From an uncultured Pseudomonadota bacterium (GTDB lineage Bacteria > Myxococcota_A > Polyangia > Fen-1088): 54,081 nucleotides of DNA. Within the stretch, counting starts at the first letter, position 1, and each line of letters starts with the position of its first letter. The translations under genes and the position numbers were made by a program. Positions 18,898 through 29,224 of this stretch are shown piece after piece. The notes below the pieces were generated by a model. That model worked only from the letters and a program-made list of their open reading frames with translations, made no database searches and was not told where the DNA came from. The stretch is from positions 1 to 54,081 of the forward strand of contig CAWKBC010000003.1 in NCBI GenBank assembly GCA_963847705.1, read 5' to 3'.

Positions 18898-19782
18898 ATG
18901 TCGAACGCAGCATCCGGGGTTGACGGCAAGACCCCAGCGACGATCACCGAGCACGAAGCGCAGGAGGTCGCGAAGGCGAACAGCACGGGGAAGACGCCGG
19001 TGGTTTTCGTCCACGGGCTGTGGCTGTTGCCGAGCAGCTGGGAGCGCTGGGCCACCCTGTTCGAAGAAGCGGGCTTCACGGCGCTGACGCCTGGGTGGCC
19101 GGACGATCCGGAGACGGTCGCCGAGGCGAACGCGCACCCGGAGGTGATGGCGAACAAGACGGTCGGGCAGGTGGCCGACCACTTCTCGGAGATTGCCCGC
19201 AAGCTCACGCAGCAGCCGGTGGTCATCGGGCACTCGTTCGGCGGCCTCCTGGCGCAGATTTTGGCCGGGCGGGGTCAGTCGGCGGCGACGGTGGCGATCG
19301 ATCCGGCTCCGTTCCGCGGCGTGCTGCCGCTGCCGTTCTCCTCGCTCAAGTCGGCCTGGCCGGTGCTCGGCAATCCAGCCAACCGGAAGCGCGCCATCCC
19401 GCTCACTTACGAGCAGTTTCGCTTCGGCTTCGCGAACGCGGTGACCGAAGACGAGGCGCAGGAGCTCTACAAGACCTTCGCCGTCCCAGCCTCGGGCGCG
19501 CCGCTGTTTCAGGCGGCCGCGGCCAACCTGAACCCCTGGACGGAGGTCAAGGTCGACACGGAGAACCCGGAGCGGGGCCCGCTGCTGATCATCTCGGGGG
19601 AGAAGGACCACACGGTCCCGCTGGCGATCACCAAGGCCACCTTCAAGCTGCAGCAGAAGAACACCAGCGTCACGGAGCTCACCGAGATCCCGAACCGCGG
19701 CCACGCGCTGACCATCGACAGCGGCTGGCGCGAGGTGGCCGACACCGCGCTGAGATTCATCCGGCGCTTCATCCCCGCGTAG
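18898..19782 (+). CDS. Alpha/beta hydrolase (non-heme haloperoxidase-like)
   Basis: VVFVHGLW, GHSFGG, GEKDHTVP, RGH. Confidence 0.9.
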   Translation: MSNAASGVDGKTPATITEHEAQEVAKANSTGKTPVVFVHGLWLLPSSWERWATLFEEAGFTALTPGWPDDPETVAEANAHPEVMANKTVGQVADHFSEIARKLTQQPVVIGHSFGGLLAQILAGRGQSAATVAIDPAPFRGVLPLPFSSLKSAWPVLGNPANRKRAIPLTYEQFRFGFANAVTEDEAQELYKTFAVPASGAPLFQAAAANLNPWTEVKVDTENPERGPLLIISGEKDHTVPLAITKATFKLQQKNTSVTELTEIPNRGHALTIDSGWREVADTALRFIRRFIPA

Positions 19783-19830
19783 ACGCTGCCCTCTCGGACC
19801 TGAGAAGGCCAAACTCGCCCCGCCTCTGTT

Positions 19831-19868
19831 CCCCCTCTCCCGGTTGCGGGAGAGGGTCGGGGTGAGGG
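19831..19868. repeat. REP-like palindrome CCCTCTCCC-N6-GGGAGAGGG-N-GGGTGAGGG
   Basis: Related copies at 29186-29224 and 39373-39427; lies between convergent genes. Confidence 0.75.
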
Positions 19869-19875
19869 CCGGCCG

Positions 19876-21585
19876 TTAGTTCTTCGGCGCGCGGCGTTCG
19901 TGCGGCAGGGCGGGGTCGGGCGGGTCGCTCAGGGTGGCACCCACCCCGTCGCCGGACAGCTCGGGCGTCGGCGGCAGCGTCGCGTCTTCATCCGGCAGCG
20001 GCTCATGGTGGTGTCGCCGCGACCGCGACGACTGGGCATCGCGCGCGCCGGCCCCTTCGAGCGTCACCGTGGAGAGCACGTGCGGTGCCGGCTTTCGTGG
20101 CAGCGCCTGCGGGGCCAGGGCGACCGGGGGGGAGGCCGGCGGCGCCACCGCCTGGGCGACGACCGCGGCCGGCGCTGCCGCGTGCCCGATGAGCACGAGC
20201 CGCCTCGCGCCGCCATCGAACCGAACCAACAGCGCCGCGATCGCCATCAACCCGGCGACCACCACCGTCCGGCGCAGCCAGACGCGACGTCCGCGCGAAG
20301 TTGCGGGCGAAGCTCCGTGCAGCGATCCGCGCGACGACACGTGGCGGCCCGTGGGCGCCTCCGGCGCGGGTGTGGGCGCGGGACTCGCAACCACCGCGGG
20401 CGCGCCACCGGAACGCATCAGATCGAGATCGGAGATGGCCACCTCGACCGAGGGCATCGCCTGCGCCGGCGTGGCGCGCGCGACGATTGGCTCCGCCGGC
20501 GTGGTCCGTGCGGGCGTCTGCGGCCGCGCATCCCCCGACGGCGTCGCCTCGGGCTCGGCATCGCGCGGGGGCGGCGCCATCGGGATGTCCGCGCCCACCT
20601 CCAGCCGCGAGCTCGCCTCGATCAGCCCCTGGCGCTCGGCGCGCTCGGCGCTGAACGCCAGCGACACGACGCGCCCCAGATTCCGCGCGTGGGAATCCTC
20701 CGAGCCGATCAGCACGCGCTCGAGATCCTCCTCCATCTCGGCCGCGGTCTGGTACCGGTACTGGGGATTGGGGTGCAGCGCCTGCTCGCAGATGGCGTCC
20801 AGCCCCGGCGGCAGGCCCGCGTCCATCGGCAGCGGGGGGAACGGTAGTCCGGCGGCCAGCTGCGACACGATCTGCACCTCGTTCATCCCCTGCCACAACC
20901 GCCTTCCGGCCAGCATCTCCCACAGCATCACGCCGACCGCGAACAGATCGGCACGGCGATCGACCTCCACCGGCTGCAGCTGCTCGGGCGCCATGTAGGC
21001 CAGCTTCCCTTTCAGCGCGCCGGGTCGCGTGTGATGCGAGGCGGCCAGGGTCTTGGCCACGCCGAAGTCCACCAGCTTCACCTGGCCGTCGTAGGTCACG
21101 AACACGTTGTGGGGGCTGACGTCGCGGTGCACGACCTCCAGCGATTTGCCGTCGAGATCGGTGAGGGTGTGCGCGTGCTCGAGGCCGGCCAGCACGCTCA
21201 TCAAAATCCGCAGGCGCAACGGCACGCTCAGCTCCGCCGTCCCGCGCAGGCGGTTCATCACGCGGGTCAGCGGCTGACCGTCGAGATACTCCATGGCGAT
21301 CGTCGCCTCGGCGCCGTGGGCCAGCACCTCGTAGGTCCGCACCACGTTCGGATGATTCATGCGCACGGAGAGGCGCGCCTCATCCAGGAACATCGTCATG
21401 AACTCCGGATCGGTCGCCAGCTCGGGCCAGATCCGCTTCAACACCACCAGGCGCCGCGCGCCGCAGCCGGCGTCCATCATCGCCAGCAACACCTCCGCCA
21501 TGCCGCCGCGCCCGATCTGAGCGATCGGTTGATAGCGGGGGCCGCGCGGTTTCGCGTGCGACTCGGGGGTGTCGACGGTCAACAC
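19876..21585 (-). CDS. Hanks-type Ser/Thr protein kinase, membrane-anchored
   Basis: IGRGGMAEV, VVLKR, HRDVSPHN, DFGVAK, GKLAYMAPE, DLFAVG; TM segment near the C-terminus; start uncertain. Confidence 0.93.
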   Translation of the reverse strand: MLTVDTPESHAKPRGPRYQPIAQIGRGGMAEVLLAMMDAGCGARRLVVLKRIWPELATDPEFMTMFLDEARLSVRMNHPNVVRTYEVLAHGAEATIAMEYLDGQPLTRVMNRLRGTAELSVPLRLRILMSVLAGLEHAHTLTDLDGKSLEVVHRDVSPHNVFVTYDGQVKLVDFGVAKTLAASHHTRPGALKGKLAYMAPEQLQPVEVDRRADLFAVGVMLWEMLAGRRLWQGMNEVQIVSQLAAGLPFPPLPMDAGLPPGLDAICEQALHPNPQYRYQTAAEMEEDLERVLIGSEDSHARNLGRVVSLAFSAERAERQGLIEASSRLEVGADIPMAPPPRDAEPEATPSGDARPQTPARTTPAEPIVARATPAQAMPSVEVAISDLDLMRSGGAPAVVASPAPTPAPEAPTGRHVSSRGSLHGASPATSRGRRVWLRRTVVVAGLMAIAALLVRFDGGARRLVLIGHAAAPAAVVAQAVAPPASPPVALAPQALPRKPAPHVLSTVTLEGAGARDAQSSRSRRHHHEPLPDEDATLPPTPELSGDGVGATLSDPPDPALPHERRAPKN

Positions 21586-21843
21586 AACTTTTGCTGTGTA
21601 CCACCATCTAGGTAAACGGAGGGTTACGAAATGGCACGGAACGTCGACAAAACGCCGAAGAATTTCCGGAGGTTCGGTGACAGTTGTGCCGCGCCCGTGG
21701 CGGCGGGCCCGCTCAGTTTGGGGAGCGCAAAATGGCTGGCAGGGCGGCCGTCAGCGCCAGCGGACTGAGGTCCGGCTTCTCATCGCTCGCGGCGGCGCGT
21801 CGCTCGACTCACGGCGGCAACGCCGCCGCGGCACCAGGTGGAG

Positions 21844-21871
21844 TTGCCAACCCGGGCTGAAGCGGTAAGGT
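21844..21871 (+). promoter_or_regulatory. Putative promoter of a leaderless gene
   Basis: TTGCCA-N16-TAAGGT, 6 nt before ATG 21878, no Shine-Dalgarno. Confidence 0.5.
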
Positions 21872-21877
21872 TTTCAC

Positions 21878-22177
21878 ATGGACGAGCAAGGAATCTACTG
21901 CCCACAGTGCCGCGCCTATGTGCACTTCTGGATGCTGGTCGATGGCCGCCGTCCGCCGGAGGCCGGCCCCGTTCAACCAGGGATCCCGATCGACATGCCC
22001 GCGGGCTGCAAGCAGTGCGGCCACAAGAGCACGTACAAGAGCTCCGACCTCCGCACGCGCAGGGTTCCGACCGAGCCCCTCATGGCTGCCATGCTGACGC
22101 CCGATGGCGCTCGGCGGGCGACCACGATCGACGTGCAGAAGGCGCTGGACGACGAGAAGCCGCCCGGCTCGACGTAG
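21878..22177 (+). CDS. Small Zn-ribbon protein (2x CxxC)
   Basis: CPQC and CKQC; promoter directly upstream. Confidence 0.65.
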   Translation: MDEQGIYCPQCRAYVHFWMLVDGRRPPEAGPVQPGIPIDMPAGCKQCGHKSTYKSSDLRTRRVPTEPLMAAMLTPDGARRATTIDVQKALDDEKPPGST

Positions 22178-22336
22178 GCCGCCACGAGTTCGACGCCGGC
22201 CCCAGCTACAACGAGCTCGCCACCGCGCCGACCTGGACGTTCTAGAATCTCGCCGACCTATCAGACGAATCAACCGAACGGGCCGGGCTGCGGGCCGACC
22301 TGTCACCAGGCCGGCGCCGCCTGGACGATCCCGTAG

Positions 22337-23026
22337 CTACCCGATCTCGGCGCGGATCTCGCCGCGCGCCTTGTAGAGGTCCCAGAACTTTCCGGCGATG
22401 GCGGCCGATTCGATGGTGGCTTGGCCGCTGTCGAAGGCGCTCCCTTTGACCGACCCGAGGACCATGACCTGGCCGACGAAGATCTTGTCCGGCGCCAGCT
22501 TCTGGGACAGCAGGCCGACCAGCTTGTGCTTGGCGGCGTTGACGACCGAGAGGCCCATGGCGTTCCACTGGACGCCGACGGCGTCGACCTTGGGATCGAC
22601 GTACCCGAGACCGCCATTGGTCACCAGGATGGCCGCGTCTTTCTCCTTGCGCAGGTCGGGCAGCGCCTCTTGCACGGCGGCCAGGAAGCCGGTGATCCCC
22701 GCGTCGAGCGAGGCGCGGATCGCCGCCGCGTCGGCGGTGGTCAGGTCGCCGGCGCCGCCGTTGTAGGCCGTCCACTCCAGCACGGTGATGGGGCCAAGAG
22801 CGGCGCGCGCCTTCTTGACCGCGTCGCGCGCGCCGGCCGGATCGCCGAGATCGGCCGTGACGGCGGCCGCCTTCACCCCTTTGGCCTCGAGCGCCTTGAC
22901 GCCCGCGGCGAGCTTGTCGGCGCTGCGTCCCACCAGCGCGACGGCGAAACCCTCTGCTCCGAACTTCTCGGCCACGGCCTTCGAGATCCCCGGGCCGTAC
23001 CCACAGACCATGATCGTTTTTGCCAT
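22337..23026 (-). CDS. Short-chain dehydrogenase/reductase
   Basis: GYGPGIS Rossmann motif, VALVGRSADKL, ADL. Confidence 0.9.
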   Translation of the reverse strand: MAKTIMVCGYGPGISKAVAEKFGAEGFAVALVGRSADKLAAGVKALEAKGVKAAAVTADLGDPAGARDAVKKARAALGPITVLEWTAYNGGAGDLTTADAAAIRASLDAGITGFLAAVQEALPDLRKEKDAAILVTNGGLGYVDPKVDAVGVQWNAMGLSVVNAAKHKLVGLLSQKLAPDKIFVGQVMVLGSVKGSAFDSGQATIESAAIAGKFWDLYKARGEIRAEIG

Positions 23027-23321
23027 GCCCCGGGTTTAGCTAGCGGGTCGCGGATCGGCAAGGCTGTGGTGACGCTGAAAGTGACGCCGCCCGAAGCGAC
23101 GGCGAATGTTCCGGCAGTCGCGGGAGCGATCGTGGCCGCTCGTCATGCTTTCCGCGGCCGTGATTGACCGCACCGCGGGCCGGCCGGCTGGTTACTTTGT
23201 TGGAACCCTCGTTTCGATTCCCCGCCATCGCGGTCGTGGGGGCGGCAGACCCTCGACCGTCTTACGCCCGTCGGGTCGGTCCTGCTCTTGCTTTGACCCT
23301 GCCAGGGCAGGGGAGGGCGTA

Positions 23322-24878
23322 ATGAAGTTGATCTCAGGAGGGGTGGGGTTGTCCGTCGTTCTTTCGCTTTGCAACGCCGGTTGTGGTGGCGGGGGATCAC
23401 AGACGAGCGCGGTCGGTGGTCAGCCCAACAGCACGGGAAGCGGGCAGGGAGGGACCACCGGCGCGACGGCGACCGTCACCGACGCCAGCGGGAGCCCGCG
23501 GCTCTGCTCCGATCTCTTCGACCAGACGGTCTTGCCGTCCTACTCGATCGAGATCACGTCCGACAACTGGGCCAAGCTCGACACCGACTTTCATGATCTG
23601 AAAGACGTGCTGGCAGGAACCCCGCCCCAGACCTACTACCCGATCGTCTTTCACTACGGCTCGGAGACCGTGTCGAACGCCGGGATCCGGCTGCGCGGGA
23701 AGTCGTCCTGGGTCAGCACGGTGATGTTCGACGCCAATCCGAAGATGCAGTTCGACGTCTCGTTCGATCAGATCGACACGAAGCAGAAATTTCACGGCCT
23801 CTCGTCCATTCACTTCACGATGCCGCGGGACGACTGGACGTTCATCAACGATCGCATCGGCGACAACTGGTTGCGCGAGATCGGCCAACCCGCCCCCTGC
23901 GCCAACAACGCGAAGCTCACCATCAACGGTGACTACTACGGGCTCTACATCTCGGAGGGGAGCGACGGCACCGCGTTGCTGAAACAGTTTTTTCCCGGCA
24001 ACGCCAGCGGAGACCTCTTCAAGGGGGGGACCGAGGCCGAGACCAACACCGCTTCGCCCAACTGGCCCCGGCTGCAGCAGCTCAACGCCGCCACCGACGT
24101 CGCGTCCCTGCAACCGCTGGTCGATCTGCCGAACACGGTGCTCGAGTGGGCCGCCGAGGCCGTCGTCACCGACGCCGACGGGTACTACGGCGGGTCGCAC
24201 AACTACTTCATCTACGACCAGGGGCAGGCCGGCTACGTCTGGATCGCCGACCACACCGACTCTGCGCTGGAGTGGCTGGAGCTGTTCGACCCCTCGGTCT
24301 CGTACAAGGAGCATCCCATCTACTGGTGGGCTGGCCGCACCGCGCCCGACCGGCCGGGCGCCGACTACCTGATCGTCATGAACGATCCGACCTGGCGCGG
24401 GAACTACGTCAACGCCATCGCGACCCAGGTCGCCAAGTGGGACCCCACCCAGATCATCGGCTGGGCCAACAGCTGGACGGTGCAGATCGCCGATGCCATG
24501 GCCGCCGACCCGCACAAGTGGGCGACGGCCGCCCAGTCTGCGTCGGCGCTGAGCGCCTTCCAGGACGTCGCCCAGAACCGCCCGCAGTACCTGCAGAGCT
24601 TCGTCCGCTGCGAAGCGGGGAGCGCCGCCGACAGCACCGACACGGACGGCGACGGCGTTCCCTGGTGCAACGACTGCGACGACACGAATCCGTCCGTGCA
24701 CCCGGGCGCGCCGGAGATCTGCGGCAACCACATCGACGACAACTGCAACGGCGTGGTCGACGAGAACTGCCCCGGGGAGCAGCCCGGCTATCCCGGCCAG
24801 CCCGACGGCGGCGCGCCGGTCGGGGTGAGCGGGGGCGTGACCCCGCCGGCGAACGTGGACGGCGGCACCAAGGGGTAG
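23322..24878 (+). CDS. CotH kinase-family lipoprotein with C-terminal MopE-like/putative metal-binding motif
   Basis: GIRLRGKSS, INGDYYGLY..E, DGY...SHNYFIY, W..D.D; DTDGDG...DCDD.NPSVHPGAPEICGN.IDDNCNGVVDE. Confidence 0.85.
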   Translation: MKLISGGVGLSVVLSLCNAGCGGGGSQTSAVGGQPNSTGSGQGGTTGATATVTDASGSPRLCSDLFDQTVLPSYSIEITSDNWAKLDTDFHDLKDVLAGTPPQTYYPIVFHYGSETVSNAGIRLRGKSSWVSTVMFDANPKMQFDVSFDQIDTKQKFHGLSSIHFTMPRDDWTFINDRIGDNWLREIGQPAPCANNAKLTINGDYYGLYISEGSDGTALLKQFFPGNASGDLFKGGTEAETNTASPNWPRLQQLNAATDVASLQPLVDLPNTVLEWAAEAVVTDADGYYGGSHNYFIYDQGQAGYVWIADHTDSALEWLELFDPSVSYKEHPIYWWAGRTAPDRPGADYLIVMNDPTWRGNYVNAIATQVAKWDPTQIIGWANSWTVQIADAMAADPHKWATAAQSASALSAFQDVAQNRPQYLQSFVRCEAGSAADSTDTDGDGVPWCNDCDDTNPSVHPGAPEICGNHIDDNCNGVVDENCPGEQPGYPGQPDGGAPVGVSGGVTPPANVDGGTKG

Positions 24879-24931
24879 GGCGCTGGACTGGCCCGACCGC
24901 GGGCTGAGCCAGGGCCGCCTCGAACGCGCGG

Positions 24932-25288
24932 TCAGTGGCTCCCGGCGGCGGGCATCTCGTAGAGCTGGTGCAGCTCGCAGGTGCCGTTGCCGCCCACCAC
25001 CTTGAGGAAGTTCTTCGACAGGGCGATGGCCTCGTCCTTGGACTTGACGCTCAGGATGGCGTAGCCGCCGATGATCTCCTTGGACTCTGTAAACGGTCCA
25101 TCGACGACCGAGAGCTCCCCCTGCTTCGCGTGGACGCGCGTCCCCTGCGACCCGAAGTGAACGCCCTCGGTGACGATGAGCCACCCGGCCTTCATCCCCT
25201 CCTCGATGAGCTTCCCCATCGTGGCCATCTCTTCCTGCGTCGGCGGAGCGCTCGGACCTTCGTGCGTGAACAAGCTGATGTAGCGCAT
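24932..25288 (-). CDS. YciI/DGPF-family protein
   Basis: VVDGPFTESKEIIGGY motif; GGAGG RBS. Confidence 0.9.
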   Translation of the reverse strand: MRYISLFTHEGPSAPPTQEEMATMGKLIEEGMKAGWLIVTEGVHFGSQGTRVHAKQGELSVVDGPFTESKEIIGGYAILSVKSKDEAIALSKNFLKVVGGNGTCELHQLYEMPAAGSH

Positions 25289-25322
25289 CGGAAACCTCCC
25301 TGTGTTTGCCTTCTACATCCCC

Positions 25323-25349
25323 GACGAACGAGGGCCCCCCAGATCGACA
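25323..25349 (-). promoter_or_regulatory. ECF42-type promoter
   Basis: TGTCGA-N17-CGTC upstream of a DGPF gene, matching the published ECF42 target motif (recalled from memory). Confidence 0.6.
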
Positions 25350-25410
25350 GGGTCGTTCGACTTTTTCCCAGGTTTGACGCCGTCGGGCTCCCCGCCCAAA
25401 CTCCCGCCCG

Positions 25411-26439
25411 ATGGAGGCGCCTGTGTTGTCCGCCGCCGACGTCAAAGTCGCCGCGCGCGCCTGCCAGTTCGCGCTGGTCGGACTGGCCCGGGCCGAGCCG
25501 CTCGACGCGGCGCCGCTCGAGGCGTGGCTCGCCGGCGGGTACGCCGCCGACATGGACTGGATGGCGCGGCGGCTGCCCGAGCGGCTCGACCCGACCGCGG
25601 TCCTGACCGGAGCCCGCACGGTCATCGCGCTCGCCATCCCGTACCACCGGCCCGCCGCCGAGGCGGCCTCGGCCGTCGCCCGCTACGCCCGCGGGCGCGA
25701 CTACCACTACGCGCACCGCGACCGGATGAAGACGCTGCGCAAGCGGCTCCTGGCGCTCGACCCGACGCTCGAGACCTACGCCGCGGTCGATACCGGGCTG
25801 GCGATGGAGAAAGTCTGGGCCGAGCGCGCGGGCCTCGGCTGGATCGGCAAGAACGGCTGCCTCATCAACCCGAAGCTCGGGTCGTGGATCACCCTCTCGG
25901 TGATGTTCATCGACCGGGCGGTCGACGTCTACGACGCCCCCCACGACACCCGGTGCGGCGCCTGCACGCTCTGCCTGGGCGCCTGCCCGACGGGCGCCTT
26001 CCCCGCGCCGGGCGTGGTCGACGCGCGCCGCTGCATCGCCTACCAGTCGATCGAGAACCGAGCGGCCGTCCCGCGCGAGCTCCGCCCCGCCTTCCGAGAC
26101 CGCATCTTCGGGTGCGACGTCTGCCAGGAGGTCTGCCCCTGGAACCACCGCGAGCTGCCGGCGGGCGACCCGCGTTTCACCCCGCGGCCGCTGGCGGCCC
26201 TGACGCCCGCCGAGATCGCCGCGCTGACTCCGGACGACTTCGAGCGGCTGGCGGCCGGGATGGCGGTGGCGCGCGCCCAGTACGACGGCCTTCGCCGCAA
26301 CGCCCTCTACGCCATCGGCGCCGCCCCCGAGCGCGCCGACAGCGCCGCCTGCATCGTCGTCGACCGCCTGGCCGACGATCCAGCGCCCGCGGTGGCCGAC
26401 GCCGCCCGCTGGGCTCGGGCTCGATTGCGCGGCGGCTGA
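25411..26439 (+). CDS. queG: Epoxyqueuosine reductase
   Basis: ARYARGRDYH, EK.WAERAGLGWIGKN, CGACTLCLGACPTGA, RCIAY..IE, FGCDVCQEVCPWN. Confidence 0.96.
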   Translation: MEAPVLSAADVKVAARACQFALVGLARAEPLDAAPLEAWLAGGYAADMDWMARRLPERLDPTAVLTGARTVIALAIPYHRPAAEAASAVARYARGRDYHYAHRDRMKTLRKRLLALDPTLETYAAVDTGLAMEKVWAERAGLGWIGKNGCLINPKLGSWITLSVMFIDRAVDVYDAPHDTRCGACTLCLGACPTGAFPAPGVVDARRCIAYQSIENRAAVPRELRPAFRDRIFGCDVCQEVCPWNHRELPAGDPRFTPRPLAALTPAEIAALTPDDFERLAAGMAVARAQYDGLRRNALYAIGAAPERADSAACIVVDRLADDPAPAVADAARWARARLRGG

Positions 26440-26546
26440 CGGACGGCTCGAGGATGCCTGGAACGCTTGACGCGCGTCTCGAGGTGCACAGGTAGACCCC
26501 GGGCCCTTGTGGCACGGCGAGAGTGCGCTACGATCGGCTCGCACGT

Positions 26547-26906
26547 ATGCCCAAACGGCGGGACGACAACGACAAAAACGGCGACCTCGGGACGATTGTG
26601 CGCCCAGAGCTCGACCGCGAGACCGACACCAAGAAGAAGGTCGAGCGGCCCCCCCTGTATGAGGTGCTGCTGCACAACGACGACTACACCACGCAAGAGT
26701 TCGTCATCTACGTCCTCATGAAGTACTTCCAGCACGACGCGACCGCGGCCCGAAAGATCATGCTGCACGTCCACACCAAGGGGCTCGGCGTGGCGGGAAT
26801 CTTCCCCTTCGAGATCGCCGAGACCAAGGCGCATCAGGTGGTGGCCTTCGCGCGTGAAAACGAAATGCCGCTTCAGGCATCTTTAAGAAAGAGCCAAGAG
26901 ACATGA
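26547..26906 (+). CDS. clpS: ATP-dependent Clp protease adaptor ClpS
   Basis: PPLYEVLLHNDDYTTQEFV, MLHVHTKG, EIAETK. Confidence 0.96.
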   Translation: MPKRRDDNDKNGDLGTIVRPELDRETDTKKKVERPPLYEVLLHNDDYTTQEFVIYVLMKYFQHDATAARKIMLHVHTKGLGVAGIFPFEIAETKAHQVVAFARENEMPLQASLRKSQET

Positions 26907-29176
26907 GCATGCTCAGCGCTGAACTGGAGACCGCGATTCGGCACGCGCTCGATGACGCGACCAACCGTGGACACGAGTTTTCCGGGCTCGAGCACCTGTT
27001 GCTCGCGCTGATGGTCGACGAGAAGACCAGCGACGTCATCAAACACTGCGGCGGCTCGATCGCACGCCTCATCGGCAAGCTGGAGAACTTTCTCGACAAG
27101 GAGATCAAGCCGCTGCCCGAGGAGGATCGCGAGCGGGCTCAGCCGACGCTGGCATTCGCGCGCGTCGTCCAGCGGGCGGTGAACCACGTTCTCGGGGCCG
27201 GGAAGTCCCAGGCCAACGGCGCCAACGTGCTGGTGGCCCTCTTCGCCGAGCCGGAGTCGAACGCGGTCGCCTTCTTGAAGGAGGAGGGGATCACGCGCCT
27301 CGACGTGGTCAGCTACATCTCGCACGGGATCTCCAAGCTCCTGCCGGCCAAGACCGGCGTGCCGGGAGACGGTGACGACGACGGCGACGACCACGCCGAC
27401 GAGGCGCCGGTTGACCCGCTGGCGCAGTTCGCGGTCAATTTGAACGAGCGCGCCCGGGCGGGCGAGATCGATCCGCTGATCGGGCGGCAGGCCCAGATCG
27501 AACGAGCGCTGCACGTGCTGGCGCGGCGGCGCAAGAACAACCCGCTGTTCGTGGGCGACGCCGGCGTTGGCAAGACCGCCATCGTCGAGGGGCTGGCCCG
27601 CAAGATCGAGCTCGGGGAGGCGCCGCCGGCGCTGAAGGGCGCGGTCATCTATGCCCTCGACATGGGGGCGATGGTGGCGGGGACCCGCTACCGCGGCGAC
27701 TTCGAGGAGCGGTTCAAGGCCGTCATCAAGGCGCTCGGCGAGAAGGAGAACGCCATCGTCTTCATCGACGAGCTGCACACCATCGTGGGGGCGGGCGCGG
27801 CCTCGGGCGGGGCGATGGACGCCTCCAACCTGATCAAGCCGGCGCTGGCCAACGGCAAGCTCCGCTGCATCGGGACCACCACGCACAAGGAGTACCGCAG
27901 CTACATCGAGAAGGACCGGGCGCTGGCCCGGCGCTTCCAGGCGATCGAGGTCGAGGAGCCCTCGATCGACGAGACGATCAAGGTGCTCAACGGTCTGCGC
28001 GAGCGCTACGAGGAGTTCCACGGCGTCTCGTACACCGACAAGTCGCTGCGCGCGGCGGCCGAGCTGTCGTCGCGCTACCTGAATGACCGGCGGCTGCCCG
28101 ACAAGGCCATCGACCTCATCGACGAGGCAGGCGCGGCGGCCAAGCTCAAGAAGGGCAAAGGGACGGTCAAAGGGGTCCGGCGGCGCGTCCGCAGCAAGGA
28201 CATCGAGGTCGTGCTGGCCACCATGGCCCGCATCCCGCCGCGCAGCGTGGAGGCCGACGATCGCCAGCGGCTGGCCAGCCTGGAGAGCGACCTCAAGGCC
28301 AAGATCTACGGCCAGGATTCGGCGGTCGAGCGGGTGGCGCAGGCGATCAAGATGAACCGCGCCGGGCTGGGGCTGCCGCAGCGGCCCATCGGCGCCTTCG
28401 TCTTCGCCGGGCCGACGGGCGTCGGCAAGACGGAGCTGGCCAAGCAGCTGGCCGAGACGCTGGGGGTGCAGTTCCTGCGCTTCGACATGTCGGAGTACAT
28501 GGAGCGGCACACGGTGTCGCGCCTCATCGGCGCGCCTCCCGGCTACGTCGGATTCGACCAGGGTGGCCTCCTCACCGACGCCATCCACCAGAACCCGCAC
28601 GCGGTCCTGCTGCTGGACGAGATCGAGAAGGCGCACCCGGATCTGTTCAACCTGCTGTTGCAGGTGATGGACCACGGCTCGCTCACCGACAACAACGGCC
28701 GCAAGTCCGACTTCCGGCACGTCGTCTTGATCATGACCAGCAACGTCGGCGCCCGGGAGCTGTCGCGGCGGATGCCGGGGTTCGGCGCCGTGGGTGACGA
28801 GCGGTTCGGCGACACCGACGAGGCGTTCAAGCGGATGTTCTCGCCCGAGTTCCGCAACCGGCTCGACGCCAAGGTCGACTTCGCGCCGCTCGACCCGGCG
28901 ATCATGGGGCAGATCGTCGACAAGTTCATCGCCGAGCTCGGCACCCAGCTCGCCGAGCGCAAGGTGAAGATCGAGCTGTCGCCGAACGCGCGCGCCTACC
29001 TCGCCAAGAAGGGGTACGACCCGATGAACGGCGCCCGCCCGCTCGGCCGCGTCATCCAGGACGAGATCAAGCGCCCGCTCACCGACGAGATGCTGTTCGG
29101 CAAGCTCGCCTCGGGCGGCGCCGTCCGGGTCGACGTCGCCGACGAGAAGGTCACGTTCGACTTCGGCGCCCCGTAG
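26903..29176 (+). CDS. clpA: ATP-dependent Clp protease ATP-binding subunit ClpA
   Basis: Two AAA modules ([16 protein letters not shown]), RRRKNNP, DMSEYME, follows clpS. Confidence 0.97.
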   Translation: MSMLSAELETAIRHALDDATNRGHEFSGLEHLLLALMVDEKTSDVIKHCGGSIARLIGKLENFLDKEIKPLPEEDRERAQPTLAFARVVQRAVNHVLGAGKSQANGANVLVALFAEPESNAVAFLKEEGITRLDVVSYISHGISKLLPAKTGVPGDGDDDGDDHADEAPVDPLAQFAVNLNERARAGEIDPLIGRQAQIERALHVLARRRKNNPLFVGDAGVGKTAIVEGLARKIELGEAPPALKGAVIYALDMGAMVAGTRYRGDFEERFKAVIKALGEKENAIVFIDELHTIVGAGAASGGAMDASNLIKPALANGKLRCIGTTTHKEYRSYIEKDRALARRFQAIEVEEPSIDETIKVLNGLRERYEEFHGVSYTDKSLRAAAELSSRYLNDRRLPDKAIDLIDEAGAAAKLKKGKGTVKGVRRRVRSKDIEVVLATMARIPPRSVEADDRQRLASLESDLKAKIYGQDSAVERVAQAIKMNRAGLGLPQRPIGAFVFAGPTGVGKTELAKQLAETLGVQFLRFDMSEYMERHTVSRLIGAPPGYVGFDQGGLLTDAIHQNPHAVLLLDEIEKAHPDLFNLLLQVMDHGSLTDNNGRKSDFRHVVLIMTSNVGARELSRRMPGFGAVGDERFGDTDEAFKRMFSPEFRNRLDAKVDFAPLDPAIMGQIVDKFIAELGTQLAERKVKIELSPNARAYLAKKGYDPMNGARPLGRVIQDEIKRPLTDEMLFGKLASGGAVRVDVADEKVTFDFGAP

Positions 29177-29185
29177 CCCGCCTGA

Positions 29186-29224
29186 CCTTCACCCTCACCC
29201 TCTCTCGCTCACGCGGGAGAGGGG
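29186..29224. repeat. REP-like palindrome (inverted relative to the 19831 copy)
   Basis: CCTTCACC-CTCA-CCCTCTCTCG..CGGGAGAGGGG; overlaps the MFS 3' end. Confidence 0.7.

Noticed and set aside
21632-21646. Sigma54 promoter (TGGCAC)
   Set aside because: The -12 element reads GTCG rather than TTGC
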